A stretch of DNA of 64,000 nt from Rhizophagus irregularis. Taxonomy: Eukaryota. The position numbers were made by a program, and so were the translations under genes. Positions 24,780 to 38,959 of this stretch are shown here, piece by piece (positions within the stretch are counted from its first letter, which is position 1; the number at the start of each line of letters is the position of its first letter). The notes under the pieces were generated by a model that saw nothing but the letters and a program-made list of their open reading frames with translations, had not been told where the DNA came from and searched no databases. The stretch is from positions 7,502,001-7,566,000 of the forward strand of contig NC_089429.1 of assembly GCF_026210795.1 (NCBI RefSeq). Reading direction: 5' to 3'.

Positions 24780-25560
24780 AGGGAGGAGGTGGTGAAGGAG
24801 GTGGCGAAGGGAGTAAGGTAAAGTGAGTTGGAGTAAGTTAATTTCTTTTAAATTAACTTCTTAGTATATTCAGGTTTATAATATTTAGATACAAGTGAAA
24901 TCTAGACTTGATATCATTTCAGGAGAAAGGAGAGATAAAAGAGATGATGGGAGAGGATGAGTTGTTGACGGAAATAATTTTATTTGATTTGGCGAAGGTA
25001 ACTTGGCGAAGGAGGAAGTTAAATTGACTTGGCGAAGGAGATCATTTTAATTTCATCTTTCACCAAAGGTGTCGATGGGAATAAATTAAATTGACTTGGT
25101 CCATATAAACTGGTATCAAATCCTCTGACTCCACCATGTTCAGTTATATTACTTCTGACCATGAATGAGACTAAGCTTATAGAAATTGACACCAAGAGAT
25201 CAACAATTTCTCTCCAACTAAGAAATTCTTCATAATATCCAAGAAATAAATATCCCCTCGTTATAATTTCGTAAAACGATCATTTAGTAAAAATTTTGGT
25301 GAACCAGAATTATCAAAGAAAAATTTTGAGATCGAAGTTGGCAAACTCCAAACTTTTAACACCATGTCGCAAATCTAATCAGATTTTCACCCAACATTCT
25401 GTATAAAAAAAAAAACCAATTAGATTTCTTTAAAGAATAAAAAGACATACTTAAAATATTAAATTAACATACTTTGCAATCAATTGTAAAATATATAATT
25501 CTTGTACATTTTCCAATGAGTCTTGAAATTTTTTTATAAAATTTTGTTTAAATATATATA
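24780..25560 (-). pseudogene. Decayed intron-containing gene of unknown family
   Basis: GTATG...CAG intron at ~25399-25472 (minus) between coding-like segments; Pro/Ser-rich tail; in-frame stops. Confidence 0.3.
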
Positions 25561-25876
25561 TCACACAATTATTATTTATAAATATATTGTAACAAATAAC
25601 AATGAATTTTGCAATTAATAATAACGTTATAATTACACTAAGCCTTATTACTGAAGACTCCTCTTTTTGTCACTATAAATAGGCGGAGGGAGCACTAATG
25701 GGCCTCTACTGTTTACAGAGGAGGAGTTTTTCATAAGGTTAAACAGATGTTGTATGTACAAAACGTCAATACGTACAAATACAACTAATTAAAAAATTTT
25801 TTTTTTTAAAAAAGAAAAAATTTTAAAAATTTGATATCATGTGTATCACGTGATCGACATTAATTATACTTGCCGC

Positions 25877-26003
25877 CCATCCCAATCCCATCCCATCCCA
25901 TCCCATCCCATCCCATCCCATCCCAAATCCCAAATCCCATTCCAATCCCATATCCCATATCCCATATCCCATATCCCATATCCCATATCCCATCCCAAAT
26001 CCC
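25877..26003 (+). repeat. Compound microsatellite (ATCCC)n/(ATATCCC)n
   Basis: Read directly from the sequence. Confidence 0.95.
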
Positions 26004-26593
26004 AATTAATTTAACCTTTTTTTTTCACTGCAAAATTATTTTTTATTGTAAAATTTATTATATTAATTATATTAATAATAATTATTATTATTATAATACT
26101 ACTGTATGTAAAATATTTTTTTACTATGATCGATATATTATAAATTAAAGTGCAACTTAATTATTGAACATATAGTATATATGTAGATTAAAATTGGTTA
26201 AAATTAATGATCTTTGAATTATAATTCCGGCCAAATTTTTCTTAATTTTGGCCAAATTCGTAATTCCGGCCTAAAATCGGTTAAAATTGAAAACTTAGGT
26301 TAAATGTAATGCCACATTTTTGCACAAAATAATCCTCAAACTAAATATGAAAAATAAAACTTCTTGTTGGCCTCTAAGTATTTATTAAAAAAATTTCCAA
26401 ATGCTTTTGTTTTTTAAATTAAAACTTAACTAGAATTTGGTGTTTTTTTTCCCATTAAAAATAAAAAATAATGTGAAAAAATTTGTCAAATATAATGAGC
26501 AATATAAGCCTTTAAATTAAAATAAAAAATATTTTATAATATTATATAATAAAAAACAACATTAAAACATATAAATTTAAGTGAATTTTCAAA

Positions 26594-27205
26594 GGTCTGA
26601 TTCATTTCACTGACAATCATTTATTAACAAATATTTTATAGACAAATATTTCACCAACAAGGTTATTTCACTGACAAACGTTTCACCAACAATCATTTCA
26701 TCAACATAAAAAATATTTATTGAATATGAGATATTTTATTATAAAAAAAACTTTTTTAGATATTTAGTTTAAATCTAATAAATATTGATATTTATTTCCA
26801 TTTTAGACGGGTTAATAGATAGAAATCATAGAATAACATATAGTTATATATATCTATTGTATTTTTTTTATTTTTTTATATATGTTATTATAAATTTCAT
26901 AAGAAATGCGCAAATATATATATATATAAACTTATTAGTTTTTGATCACAACAAAACATTAATACATTTATTAAAAGTATGTGCTATTTTCTTTATTAAA
27001 TGTAATAAAAAAATATATGTTACTAACAATAAAATTTTCCTATTTTATGTAAAGATATAATTATATAAAATATTTATAAAATTTTTATATTTAATTTTAT
27101 ATATATGTCAGTGAAATGTTTGTTGGTGAAATAATCCTATAGGTAAAACATTTTTCAGTGAGTAAAATGATTGTCAGTGAAGTAATTGTGAGTTAAATGC
27201 AACCT
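26594..27205. mobile_element. MULE-like MITE
   Basis: 9-bp TSD ATTTTCAAA at 26585-26593 and 27206-27214; long imperfect inverted ends built of TTTCAC(T/C)(G/A)ACAA repeats. Confidence 0.7.
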
Positions 27206-27352
27206 ATTTTCAAATACAATTCAGATTTATTAAAAAAATTACCTTTTTATTTTATTTATATAATTGTATCGTAAAGGTTAACTATTTTAGTAGTTTTTAA
27301 TTGTTAAATAAACTATTTATTAAATATAAGAATAATTAATATTATTAATATT

Positions 27353-28647
27353 GATTTAAAATTTTTGACGATTAAAGATATAGAAAAATCAAAAGTTAAT
27401 TATAAGGTTTTATGGTTATGTTTATTCAAGATAATTAGGATCTATAGTCTCAATGTAAAGATAACTAAAGTTAAAGCGCATGGTGATTGTGACTATAATA
27501 AGGAAGCAGATAAGCTCGCTAAATCTGGTGCTGAGAAAAATGTATTAATAATAGAGGATAAATTGTTATTACACAATGGTACGATTTGTTGGAGAGATAT
27601 GCCTATAGAACGTAACCCCATTCTTATGATAAAGGGAATCAAGGACGCTCAATTTATAGAAGAATTTCTAATGCTATACCGTAATAAAGTTTATAGACAA
27701 TCAGATTTATTAAGGCTGATAGATTGGAAAATATCTTTAAAGTTAAATAAAGTTAAATAATATAAATCAATATGATACATTGTTTGAGAATCATTATTTA
27801 CAATCATTTAGAATTAAAATTTGTTGTAATGAATTACCAACTTGTGCTAATTTAAAAAAGCGTAAACCAGATCTATATGATAAAGATTGGAAATGTAATT
27901 TTTGTAAAATAGAAGAAGAAACTTTTGATCATTTTTGGAAATGTAGTAAGATTCAAAATGTTGTGCAAGATATAATTAAAGGATTAAAAATCTTTTTAGT
28001 TAAAATTATACAGGAGTATTCAAAAGATGATATAGATACACAAGAATTAAAAAATAAAATTAATGGGATGCTCATATGATTTTACATTTTTAATGAAAAA
28101 TCAAGTCAGTTGTCAGTTAATAGAATTTTTAAGGTGCTTTAAAATAACTGAAGAAAAATTGTTATATAAGGTGCTAAAGCAAATAACTGGGCGAGTTTTA
28201 TTAGAATTCAAAGTGCTTATTTGGGAATCAAGGAACGAATTACAAATAAAGGAAGAAATAAGGTGCGGTATTAGCAGTAAAGTTAAAAAAGCTAAGTCAC
28301 ATAGTAAAAGCACTGAAATAGATGTCAAAGATGTTGACTGTTATATATTAGAAAGTAATTGGAACAAATGGAATGATTTGGCATTCCATCGTGGTGGTCA
28401 TTGGGCAAATTTTTAGGTAGATCATGACAGTTACTTTTGAATTTGAGGTCGCATCATGGTTTTTAACAATGATGTGATCATTTAGATGACAGGTCGACTT
28501 GTTCTTTATGAAAAGTAGTCTTGTTTCATAATGCTTAATTCTTATATGTATTTGTTTATCTTATGTTTGTAAGTTTATATATGTAAGTAAGCGTGATTAT
28601 AATAAGACATGATCGCATCTATAATAAAGTTTTAAAAAAAAAAAAAA
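27353..28647 (+). mobile_element. 5'-truncated LINE insertion (RNase H C-terminus + CCHC domain + poly-A)
   Basis: KVKAHGDCDYNKEADKLAK (RNase H) and CNFCKIEEETFDHFWKC (CCHC); AATAAA and A16 tail at 28634-28649; TSD AATTAATATTATTAATATT at 27334-27352 and 28648-28666; ORF broken into three pieces. Confidence 0.92.
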
Positions 28648-29539
28648 AATTAATATTATTAATATTAAAAAATCTTTTTTTACAATTAAATCAATAGAAA
28701 TCTAATATTGAAATATAATTGGACAAAAATAAATTAGTTAAAAATAATGGATATTTTGTAGGTTTATTTAGTTAAAAATAAATTAATGATTTAAAAATAA
28801 GTATATATAGTAACATTATTTCATTCTTGTTTTCTATGATAAATGAAATTTTATCATTATTTTATATTGAAAAACTGAAAATTTTTAATAGATTCAATCA
28901 TTTTTCTATTTCATTTTCTTCAAATATTGCATATGTGCTGATTTTCAGAATTAGTTTAAATTAAAATTTTTATAAAAATTTAATATTTTAGAAAAATCAA
29001 CATTACTCAAATCTAAATTAAATATGTGTTACATATTTATGTAAATCAGATTTAATAAAAAATAAAAAATTTTTTAATCAATAACCACTTCTTTTTCCCC
29101 ATTATTACCCATCACTTTTCCATCATTTTTCTATTCACTTTTATTAAATGTGACAAAAAAGTTTATAAGCATATATAGCAGTTGTTTTTAAGTGGTAAGT
29201 AAAAGAAAAAATTTAATATTTTATATACATAGAAAAGACATATTTTTTCAGCTTTAATTTATTGTTTTTTCTTTGTAAAAAATACATGCAAATAAAAAAT
29301 AATTATAATGTAAAATAGTTGTAAAATAAATAATAAGATATTCTTTTTCATATAGGTACCTTTAATTAAAATATTGATTTTATTACATTTTTATTATACA
29401 AAATACTATATAATATACAGTAAATTGGGGGTGAGTATTAAAAAACTTTTATTTAATGTTATTATACTATAAGTTGGTAAATATTTCATTTAAATTAATA
29501 TAATTCTTAGCACTTACTATATATATTAAAAATTTGTAT

Positions 29540-29850
29540 CTCAACTTTAAACGTAAATATCTCCAGATCTAATGATCCAATCGGCAAGCTCTTTTTTCGC
29601 TCATATAGACCAGATCAAGGGCTTTCCGAAGAGCCTAAATTTATAAAAAACGGATCAGTGGATCCCAAGATATTTGCATTTAAACATGTTAAAAGTTCGT
29701 ACCTCAACTTTAAACGTAAATATCTCTGGATCTAATGATTCAATCGGCGAGCTCTTTTTTCGCCTATAAAGTCCAGAACAAGGGCTTTCCAACGAACCTA
29801 AAATTATAGAAAACGGATCAGTGAATCTTGATATATTTGCGTCTAAAGAT
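29540..29850. repeat. Tandem duplication of a ~163-bp unit
   Basis: CTCAACTTTAAACGTAAATATCTC...CAATCGGC...AACGGATCAGTG occurs at ~29540 and ~29703. Weaker related copies at ~30440-31030. Confidence 0.8.
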
Positions 29851-31244
29851 GGTAATACAAATTCTGACATAAAATAATTATTTTTATTGTTTGAAAATAT
29901 CTATTATGATACCATCTTTTATATGATATTTTTATTATACTTTTATAAACATTTATAGCTACTAAGACTATATAAATTTTTATTTTACTTTATATTTTAT
30001 TAAAATATACTTACTTTTTATTAATATATGTTAAAAATTCCATATATATGAGAAATGGGTTTTTTATTAGTGAAATGGGGTTTTTCACACCTCTTTTACA
30101 TTTAATAATTTAAGTTTCGCAAATGTAAATTTTTGTTCAACTTATTATTTAGTCAAGTGATCATCAATCAGATGATTTTTTGGTATTACAAAACAATTTT
30201 GAGTAACGAAAATTGTGCAAATCAATTCAATAACTCTTTTTAATGCAGAGTAGACAAATCAGCCCATATGTTTTTCAAAATAATTAATTATATATTTGTT
30301 TTTTATCTTTTAAAATTATTTTATTAGATTTATTCTACTAAAATCCTTAAATGGCAAATAAAATCTTTTAAATAAAGTAAAAGAATTTGGGATTCTCTTA
30401 TGAAAGCATTTTTTGGTAAGAAATAAAATTTTCAGATCGGACTTTATGTAGGTGACAAAATCGTGCATTATTATTTCCAGAGATATGCTAACATCATCAT
30501 TTTACATTCATTTGAGAGCTGAGAATTTGCTCTATCGTAAGAATCAAAGATCAGGAAAATTGGATCACTGGATGAGACGTAATTAACGATCAAAGTCAAA
30601 TCAAATTTAAAAATAAAAAATAAATATATTGGACGTAATTATTCACAATCCAGTGATTCAATTCATTCAATTTTAGGCTTATTAGATAGACCTCAATTTT
30701 CTCTTTCAAATGAATATAATTTCATTCATGTAGCTTATATACAGGTATTTAATAAATTTTTTTATATCAGATTTTATCAAACTTATAAAATTTTATATAT
30801 ATTAATAATATAATTGATGATTCCTGAACATCTACATATATTAAACGAATTATTTTAAATTTATTTTAAAGATAAAAGTTGGCATCACCTTAGAGAGCAA
30901 AGATCATTCAAATTGAATCACTACATATGAAGTAATTAATGATCAAATTTAAATAAAATTCAATAAATATACTGAACGTAATTACTGAACAACTAGTAAT
31001 TCAATTCACTTGATTTTAGATTCATTAGATAAATTTATATAGCTTATTTCTACAAAGAATTATCAATAATTTTGTTATGAGAGTTATATTTGATTTTTTA
31101 AATTTAATGATTAAAAAAAAATTAAAAATTATATAATTAATTAGTTTTTTTTGCATTATCCAGTATAAATTTATTATTCTTATATAAATGATAATTTATA
31201 TTTGTTTTAATAAAATTATTTTTATGTAAAAAAATTAAATTTCA

Positions 31245-33260
31245 AGAATCAGCCCATATGATGGATATTTTCATTATTGTAATCATTATCATTAAATGGA
31301 AAATCCACTGAACTAGTTGCTAAATTAAAAATGAGCTCCTTAATAGTTAATATCATTTTACTAAGTGTTACATATGTATTTCCAGAAAAATAACATGTTG
31401 CCTTCTCAAATGGAATTAAAATATCAACCAATTGGTCTAATAAGTTCCATTCTTCATTGGATAACATAATTTTTTTAGTTTATTACTATCTTTTTTGTCC
31501 TCTCTATTTGTACTTATATAAAGATCAACTTGGAGTTGAATAATTGCATTCTTAAGGTAAAATAGTCTATCCCAGGCATAGTATGAAGAATTCTATCACG
31601 TCTGTATATCTTGTATATAACGCATTGCATTATATCCTCATACCCTAATTTACACTACACATTTTTTAACCTTTCTATCTGTTTTTGTGTTTAAAAAAAT
31701 TGATTATTTGTTTTACATGCTGTCACTATCATCTGCCACCTGATAGTAAACAAAAAGGAATCGCCCTATTATCTTTTACCTTAATGAAACGTTAATATAT
31801 TCTTGCTTGGTTTAGATTTTATTTCTACTTAACTTTCAAACTGTGATAGCTCTCACCACGATAATTCTTCCATGTTCTTCTTTTAAAATATGATAGTTCT
31901 CTTTATGACATTAAATTCATAAAATCCATTATATGATAATGTACATTTTGACTAACTGAACTATTATGTTCATGCATTTTATATATATCAAATAATGTAC
32001 TTTTTCATTAACTTATTATTCATTTTAAATATTAATTAAAACTTAGGCGAACCATAAGTATATTTAACATATTTTTAATAATTAATATTTTATTGAGTTA
32101 CTCTGAACTGTGGAATCCATATTGAATTCCACCTATATTTATACATTTTGAAATTTAATTTTTACTATCCTAAAATTATAAAAGTACCTTAAAATAACCT
32201 GTTCTTTCTTTCATCTTTCTTATTTCTTGTTTCTTTCATCTTTCTAATCTGTTTTCTTTCAATAAATATTACATCATAAAGAAATATTCTATCGTAATAA
32301 TAATCTTTTTAAGAAATAATCTTGTAAAGAAATAATCTAATAATTATCAATTGTTCACAACTTATAATCTATTTTTTGTGGCTTATAATTACTCCTCCTA
32401 ATTATTCCTATTGATGAACTTGATAAACTTGTTATTTTATTCCTATTGATGAACTCAATAAACTGATTGTTATATCATAATCAATTAACTTCCTAATTAA
32501 TCTATCTGATTTTCATTAATAATTTAATAAACATTACATCATATAGATCATTCCTTTTCCCAAATGTTGATGCTCTCGGTTAATTATTTATCCCTATCAC
32601 GTGACTATCTAATCATGTCAATTCAAAATTAATCTGTTCATGTTTAGTACTTGGTGGTTACAACGTGCAGCTAAAATTTCTACAGGTGCTAGTCCTTTTC
32701 TAATTGTTAATTGAAGTATATATGCAATATACGGAAGTCTTTTAATAGCTTCACATTACTAGTCTTTTTGGATCAAAATAGGAAATGCTGCCTTCATATT
32801 TGAACCATTATCAGTAATAATTACTGTTACACATCCACTAAGATTCCAATTTAATATAGTATATTTGCAAAGTAATTTAGCAACAGCATTAAAATGGAGC
32901 ATATTTTATTTCTAATATTATATCTTTAATGTTAAAATCAGGCGTAATCTATGCAGCAGTAATACTAAAGTAACCATACTTAGCCCTACTAAACTAAAAA
33001 TCTGTAATGAGAGATACAGTTATAGCAGTTTCTTTTAAATATTTTTTAAATTTTCATAATTATATTAATAGCTTTTAATTATTATTGTTTTAATTTTTTG
33101 TTCATCAGGTACTACAAATGAAGGATTAAATTGGGCCATTTTTTCTTTATATACTGGATTTGTAATGATAGCAAAAGGTTGATTGGTAAGCAACATCCAC
33201 TTAAGAACAGATTCTTTTCGTTGTTTTTGATATAACTATAATACTATTTTTATATGATTT
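31245..33260 (-). pseudogene. Decayed hAT transposase, interrupted at ~31720-32660
   Basis: Minus-strand fragments SLITDF, GYFSITA, IITDNGSNM, RLPYIAYILQL, TR*NSSYYAWDRL-like and LSNEEWNLLDQLVDILIPFEKAT...SG..YVTLS match conserved hAT blocks. Confidence 0.85.
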
Positions 33261-33599
33261 TAATGCATTGTGTTAACCATTAAAACCATGTTATCTAGGC
33301 TTATAATTTCATATCAAAATAATGTCAAAAAATTACAATGGTTTTGTAATTAGTTTGTAATAGTTTTACAATTTTTTTTAATGAATTTATAATACAATTG
33401 TAATTTATTTCAAAATACATTTATATAATTTTATAATGGATATTTGTAATAGTTTTTTAATTAATTATACAATTGTTACATTATTATATTATATATTCAG
33501 TATAATAAAATATTATAGTTAATAGATTATTTCTTATAAAAAAAACAAGTTTTAAAGTAGAATTAGTAATTTTGAAACTTGCCTTTTAATGACTATACT

Positions 33600-35590
33600 A
33601 TTTACCACTCCAAAACATGAAACCTACAAATATTAAAGAAATAATCAGTAAACTGTTCCTTTGATTAAAAAAGTTACAGATTTTGAAGTTAAACTTCGAA
33701 ACTTACCATCACTTATCTGTTAGAACTTTTGTTGAAATGCATAAATTAAGAAATCTGAATGAAACTTACGCGTCCAAAAATATCTAAAGATATTTAAAAA
33801 ATCCGAAGAGCTACTTTACTAAAAATAGCCAATTTTTTGAAATATTTTTATAGACCTAGATACAATGGCTTTTAAAACAATTGTGCAATTATTTTGTAAA
33901 ATTTTTAAAATATATCAAGATATATTTGAGGTATTTTTGAGATTAAAATATTAAAATAATATCAAAGTTAATTATATTATAATAATAAAATAATAACAAA
34001 AATATTAAAAAATTATTGTGAAGAATATTTGTGATTATTATGTAGTCCAAATATATTCTAATAAAATGGTACATGATTCAACATTTAAAAAAAAAAAAAA
34101 TTATTGTGAGTTATTTTTATAGACTTAGATACAATATAATTACAAAATAATAACAAAAATATAATAAAAACATTTTGATGTATTAAATGTATTTTTGTAG
34201 TATTTTAAAATTATTACAAAATCATTTCAATTGGCCATTTTTAGTAAAGTAACAACCTAAAAAAAAATAAAAAAATAAACTATTAGTTACAGTCCATTAA
34301 AATAAATAAATAAATGAAATAAATAAATGAAAGAAAAAAATGAATACTAAAATTTACACGTCTGAAGACCTGGCTGAGCTTTTTTATAGTAAATTTCTTG
34401 TTTGTCAGTAAAAAATTGAAAATCCTGCAAATACTACATACCAAAGACTCAAAGATCTGGAATGGTTCTACTAGCATTATTCTGATATTCCCATTGATTC
34501 AAATTAGTATTATAAAGTAAATATCGTCTGAATTTTTGAATTTCTGAATTTTCAGGAACTAAACCTACAAAAAAAAAGAGAAACGTTCAGTTAAAATGTT
34601 TCTTAAAGAAAAAAAACAAAAAAATGGAAGTTTTATAACAAAACATACAAAACTTACCATTTTAGGACCCATATATATTCAATACCAAATATTTCTGAAC
34701 TTACAAAAGAAAGGAAATACTATTAAAGTTAGCGTTTCTAATTAAATAAGATTATAAAAAAAATGCTTCATAAAACTTACCTTTTATCTTTCCTAATCAA
34801 CCAAAAGACTGAAACTCTACAAAAATAATATATAAAATATTAATAAACATTTCTAATTAAATTATTAAAAACTTGAAGTTTTGCTACATCTGTTATGAAA
34901 CTTACTATTTCCTATACTCCACATGTTATATGTCCTGAAGTTTACAAAAGAGAATAAATGAAATGTTAGTGATCATTTTGTTAAAGAATTAATGAAAGTA
35001 AACCTCCCCTTTACCAAGTTTTCCATGCATCACATTTGAGGACCAGAGCCTACAAAAAGAAGAAAACCAAAATGTTAGAAGTTTTGTTGAAAAAAATTAT
35101 TTATAAAAATTAAAAACTCCTCTCACTGAAATTCCATGCATCCAAATACTTTAAAGAACTGATTATCTATAAAAGAAAAAATGAAATGTTAGTAGCCATT
35201 TCATTAAAATAAAAATATTTTTAAAAAAAATGTCTTACTAACGTCTGACCTGAAAGACCAAAAAAAGAAAAAGAAACAAACTTTTAGTAAGGTTCATTAA
35301 AAATAAAAAAAATTAATAAAAAAAATTATCTTACTGAAATCCTGAGCCAAAAAGCTGAAGAAACTCCCTGTTCAAAGAAATCCAGAAAACTATCCAAAAA
35401 AAAGAAAACTCGGAACGTTAATAAAATAAACATTTCATTAATAAAATATGAAAAAATACACTCTCCTGGCCTCCCCTTTCCTATCTAATTTCAATGCAAT
35501 CCTGCCATCTAGAAAAAGAAAAAATGAATTTTTAAAAAATTGTTTTTAAAATAAAAAAATGAAACAAAAAAATTAATTACTTACCAAAAT
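33600..35590 (-). other. Intron/micro-exon array
   Basis: Recurrent plus-strand AAACTTAC ... CCTACAAAA ... GTTAG (minus: GTAAG donor, CTAAC branch point, TGTAG acceptor) about every 110-130 nt. Lies downstream of a pyrimidine-rich tract (35655-35790, minus) and a TIR ending at 35950. Confidence 0.7.
33814..34249. mobile_element. MITE with 2-bp (TA) TSD
   Basis: TIR CTTTACTAAAAAT(A/G)GCCAATT at both ends, flanked by TA. A third copy of this TIR ends at 35950. Confidence 0.75.
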
Positions 35591-35950
35591 GTCGCATCCA
35601 GGAAAACCAGTAGAACTATCTAGAAAAAAGATCAATTTGTTTTAACAGAATGTACAGAAAGAAGGGAAAGGAAGGGAAAGAGAACAAAGGAAGGGAAAGA
35701 GAGAACAAAGGAAAGGGAGAGGGAAAGAACGAGAGAAAAGGAAATAGGGAAATGGGAAAGGATGAGAAGTGTGGGAAAGAAAGAAAAAAAGTTAAAAAAA
35801 GCTTAACTGCGGCTCGCAACCACAGTTATTTGTAATTAATTGCAAAATACATAAAAACAATTTCAACCATTACAAAATAATGTCAGTATTACAAAAGTAT
35901 AATGAGAATATTATAAAAGTATTTCAAAAAAATAGCCATTTTTAGTAAAG

Positions 35951-36432
35951 AAAAGTGAGTTGCGATATTGAGTGGGATTCACTTTTTTATATTGATTTTA
36001 TATAATAAAAGTGAGTTGCGATAATGGGATTCACTTTTTTATATTGATTTTATATAATAAAAGTGAGTTGCGATATTGGGATTCACTTTTTTATATTGAT
36101 TTTATATAATAAAAGTGAATCGCGGTATCAGAATTCACTTTTTTATATTAATTCTATATATAAAAAGTGAATCGCGGTATCAGAATTCACTTTTTATATT
36201 AATTCTATATATAAAAAGTGAATTGCGGCATCAGAATTCACTTTTTTATATTAATTCTATATATAAAAAGTGAATTGCGGTATCGGAATTCACTTTTATT
36301 ATATAAAATCAATATAAAAAGTGAATCCCAATATCGCAACTCACTTTTATTATATAAAATCAATATAAAAAAAGTTAGTTGCGGTATTGCGATTCACCTT
36401 TTTATATGATTTTAATATAAAAAGTGAATCGC
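35951..36432. repeat. ~49-50 bp palindromic minisatellite
   Basis: Units AAAAGTGA(G/A)T(T/C)GCG...ATTCACTTTT plus an AT-rich spacer; orientation inverts near 36290. Confidence 0.9.
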
Positions 36433-36484
36433 AATATTTCGAAAAAAAATGGTTTGCACCATTTTTTTTTTGATAATTTAATAA

Positions 36485-36625
36485 AAATCCTGAAAATTTT
36501 CAGGTTTCAGTTCAGGTCAGGTCAAACAGATAATCTGATATAACCTGACCTGACCTGACCTGAAAAAAAATTTCAGGTCAGGTTTATCAATTAACCTGGC
36601 CTGACCTGACCAATTCGAAACTCTA
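36485..36625. mobile_element. hAT terminus (probable 5' end of the element encoding the 31-33 kb transposase)
   Basis: ACCTGA/TCAGGT subterminal repeats like those of element 1020-2282, ending CCAATTCGAAACTCTA (TAGAG terminus). Confidence 0.7.
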
Positions 36626-37697
36626 GCATTTTACATATAAATACGACTGTTTCACAATTAATGTTATACTAGTATTCTTAACATTGGTATACTCATACTA
36701 TTAAATTTTATAATTTAAAATATATTAGAAGGAATAGAAGGAATGTGAAAAGTTTTACCATCTCTGATACTAATGTGGCTTTAATATGACTTTGCCATGA
36801 CTTTGCCAAGTTTTTTTTTTCTTATGACACAGCCTTCTGTAACAAAGCATTTTACAACTGTTTCACAATTAATGTTGTACTAGCATTCTTAACATCAGTG
36901 TACTCATACTATTAAATTTAAAAATTTAAAATATATTAGAAGAAATAGAAGGAATGTAAAAAATTTTACCATCTCTAATACTAATGTGGCTTTAATATGA
37001 CTTTGCCATAACTTTGCCAAGTTTTTTTTTCTTATGACACAGCCTTCTGTAACAAAGCATTTACATATAAATATAACTGTTTCACAATTAATGTTGTACT
37101 AGTATTCTTAATATTGTTGTACTCATACTGCTAAAATTTAAAATATATTAAAAAGATTAGAAGGGATGTGAAAAGTTTTACCATCTTTGATGCTAATGTG
37201 ACTTTAATATGGCTTTGCCATGACTTTGCCAAGTTTTTTTTCTTATGACACAGCCTTCTATAACAAAGCATTTTACATATAAATACAACTGTTTCACAAT
37301 TAATGTTGTAATAGCATTCTTAATATTGGTGTACTCATACTATTTTTTAAAATTTAAAATATATTAGAAGGAATAGAAGGAATGTGAAAAGTTTTACCAT
37401 CTTTGACGCTAATGTGACTTTAATATGGCTTTGCCATGACTTTGCCAAGTTTTTTTTCTTATGACACAGCCTTCTATAACAAAGCATTTTACATATAAAT
37501 ACAACTGTTTCACAATTAATGTTGTAATAGCATTCTTAATAATATTGGTGTACTCATACTATTTTTTAAAATTTTAAATATATTAGAAGGAATAGAAGGA
37601 ATGTGAAAAGTTTTACCATCTGATGCTAATGTGGCTTTAATGTGACTTTGCCATGACTTTGCCAAGTTTTTCACAGCCTTCTGTAACAAGCATTTTA
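36626..37697. repeat. Tandem repeat, 5 x ~210-220 bp
   Basis: Units start GCATTT(T)AC at ~36626, 36847, 37057, 37268 and 37485. Each contains TTCACAATTAATGTT and GACTTTGCCAAG. Confidence 0.95.
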
Positions 37698-37815
37698 AAG
37701 GGTAAATAAACAAATTTAAAGGGATAAATTTAAAGGGTAAATAAACAAATTTAAAGGAATAAATTTAAAGGAATAAATAAACAAATTTAAAGGGTGAATA
37801 AACAAAGCATTTTAA
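37693..37815. repeat. Short tandem repeat (TTTAAAGG(G/A)TAAA(TAAACAAA))n
   Basis: Read directly from the sequence. Confidence 0.8.
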
Positions 37816-38959
37816 AAGATAGATAAAGAATTTCTTTTAAATGCAATGTCAACATGGACTTTGTTTTTTATTACATATAACTGTTTTACAACTTATTTCT
37901 CTTTCCTTATTTTTCCCTTCCTTTAATGTTTTATAACTTAGACAAAAAGTTACAAAATTACTGGAAAAATCAAAATTGCCAACTAATATAATATGACTAT
38001 ATTACAAATAGTTAAAAGATAGTTAAAAGTTTAGTATCCCACTGCATTTTTATATGAATGAAACAGCTTATAATAAATATAGAAATTTTATTAAAAAAAA
38101 TATTTTAATACATATAGGACTGACCCAATTCGCGTTATTTTTTTCTTTTTTTTTGAAAAAAATGGACAAGAAAAAGAAAGTAGACACAACAGACATAAAT
38201 TTATTAATACAAGAGATTAAAGAAATACATAATATTTCTTTAAACACTTTCAACAACTTAAATAATACAACATATAGTACTATAAACCGCATTTATTTAC
38301 TGTACAAGGTCAACATTGTTCAATGGTGATTCCATGATAGTGATAGATGACTGGAAAGTTATAGCACTAGGGGTTTTTCATTTCATTATTAAAATTAGAA
38401 AATAAATTATATTATTGAATATCAGCAGTTCTGATAGTATTTACAATATTAACAATACTAATTATACCAACACAGTTTATTCCACTAAAGATCCACATAT
38501 TATTAATGTTGATATGGAGAACATAACTTCTATTGACTAATACATAAAGATTAATACACCTTGAATGTTACTCATAATAAGTGGCAACAGTCAAAAACAA
38601 TTTTATCTACATTGCTCAAATTGTATAATGTTTGAAATATTTAAAAAAGATTAGATAAATTGAGGATTTTCGTCTTGCAAAATAATTTATCATATCATTA
38701 CACATAATAACACAATTATATTTATAATAATACTTTAGACTTTTAATTTAGTATGCAAGTTATTCAACAAATTATTATAATAATTTGCTAAATAGTTAGA
38801 TATCTATACAGGATACATTAGCAACTATCACAGTTATTATAGTTGTTATTACATATATAGATATATTATATATTATTAAAAATCAAATAAGTTTTCTACA
38901 ACAACTGCATTTAGTATAGTTCTCTAAAATATATTATAGGATAATACTACATTGAGCTT

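Noticed and set aside
25823..26148. Telomere-like repeat or Pro/Ile-rich ORFs
   Set aside because: The units are ATCCC/ATATCCC, not TTAGGG-type, the array is internal and short, and the ORFs are microsatellite translations.
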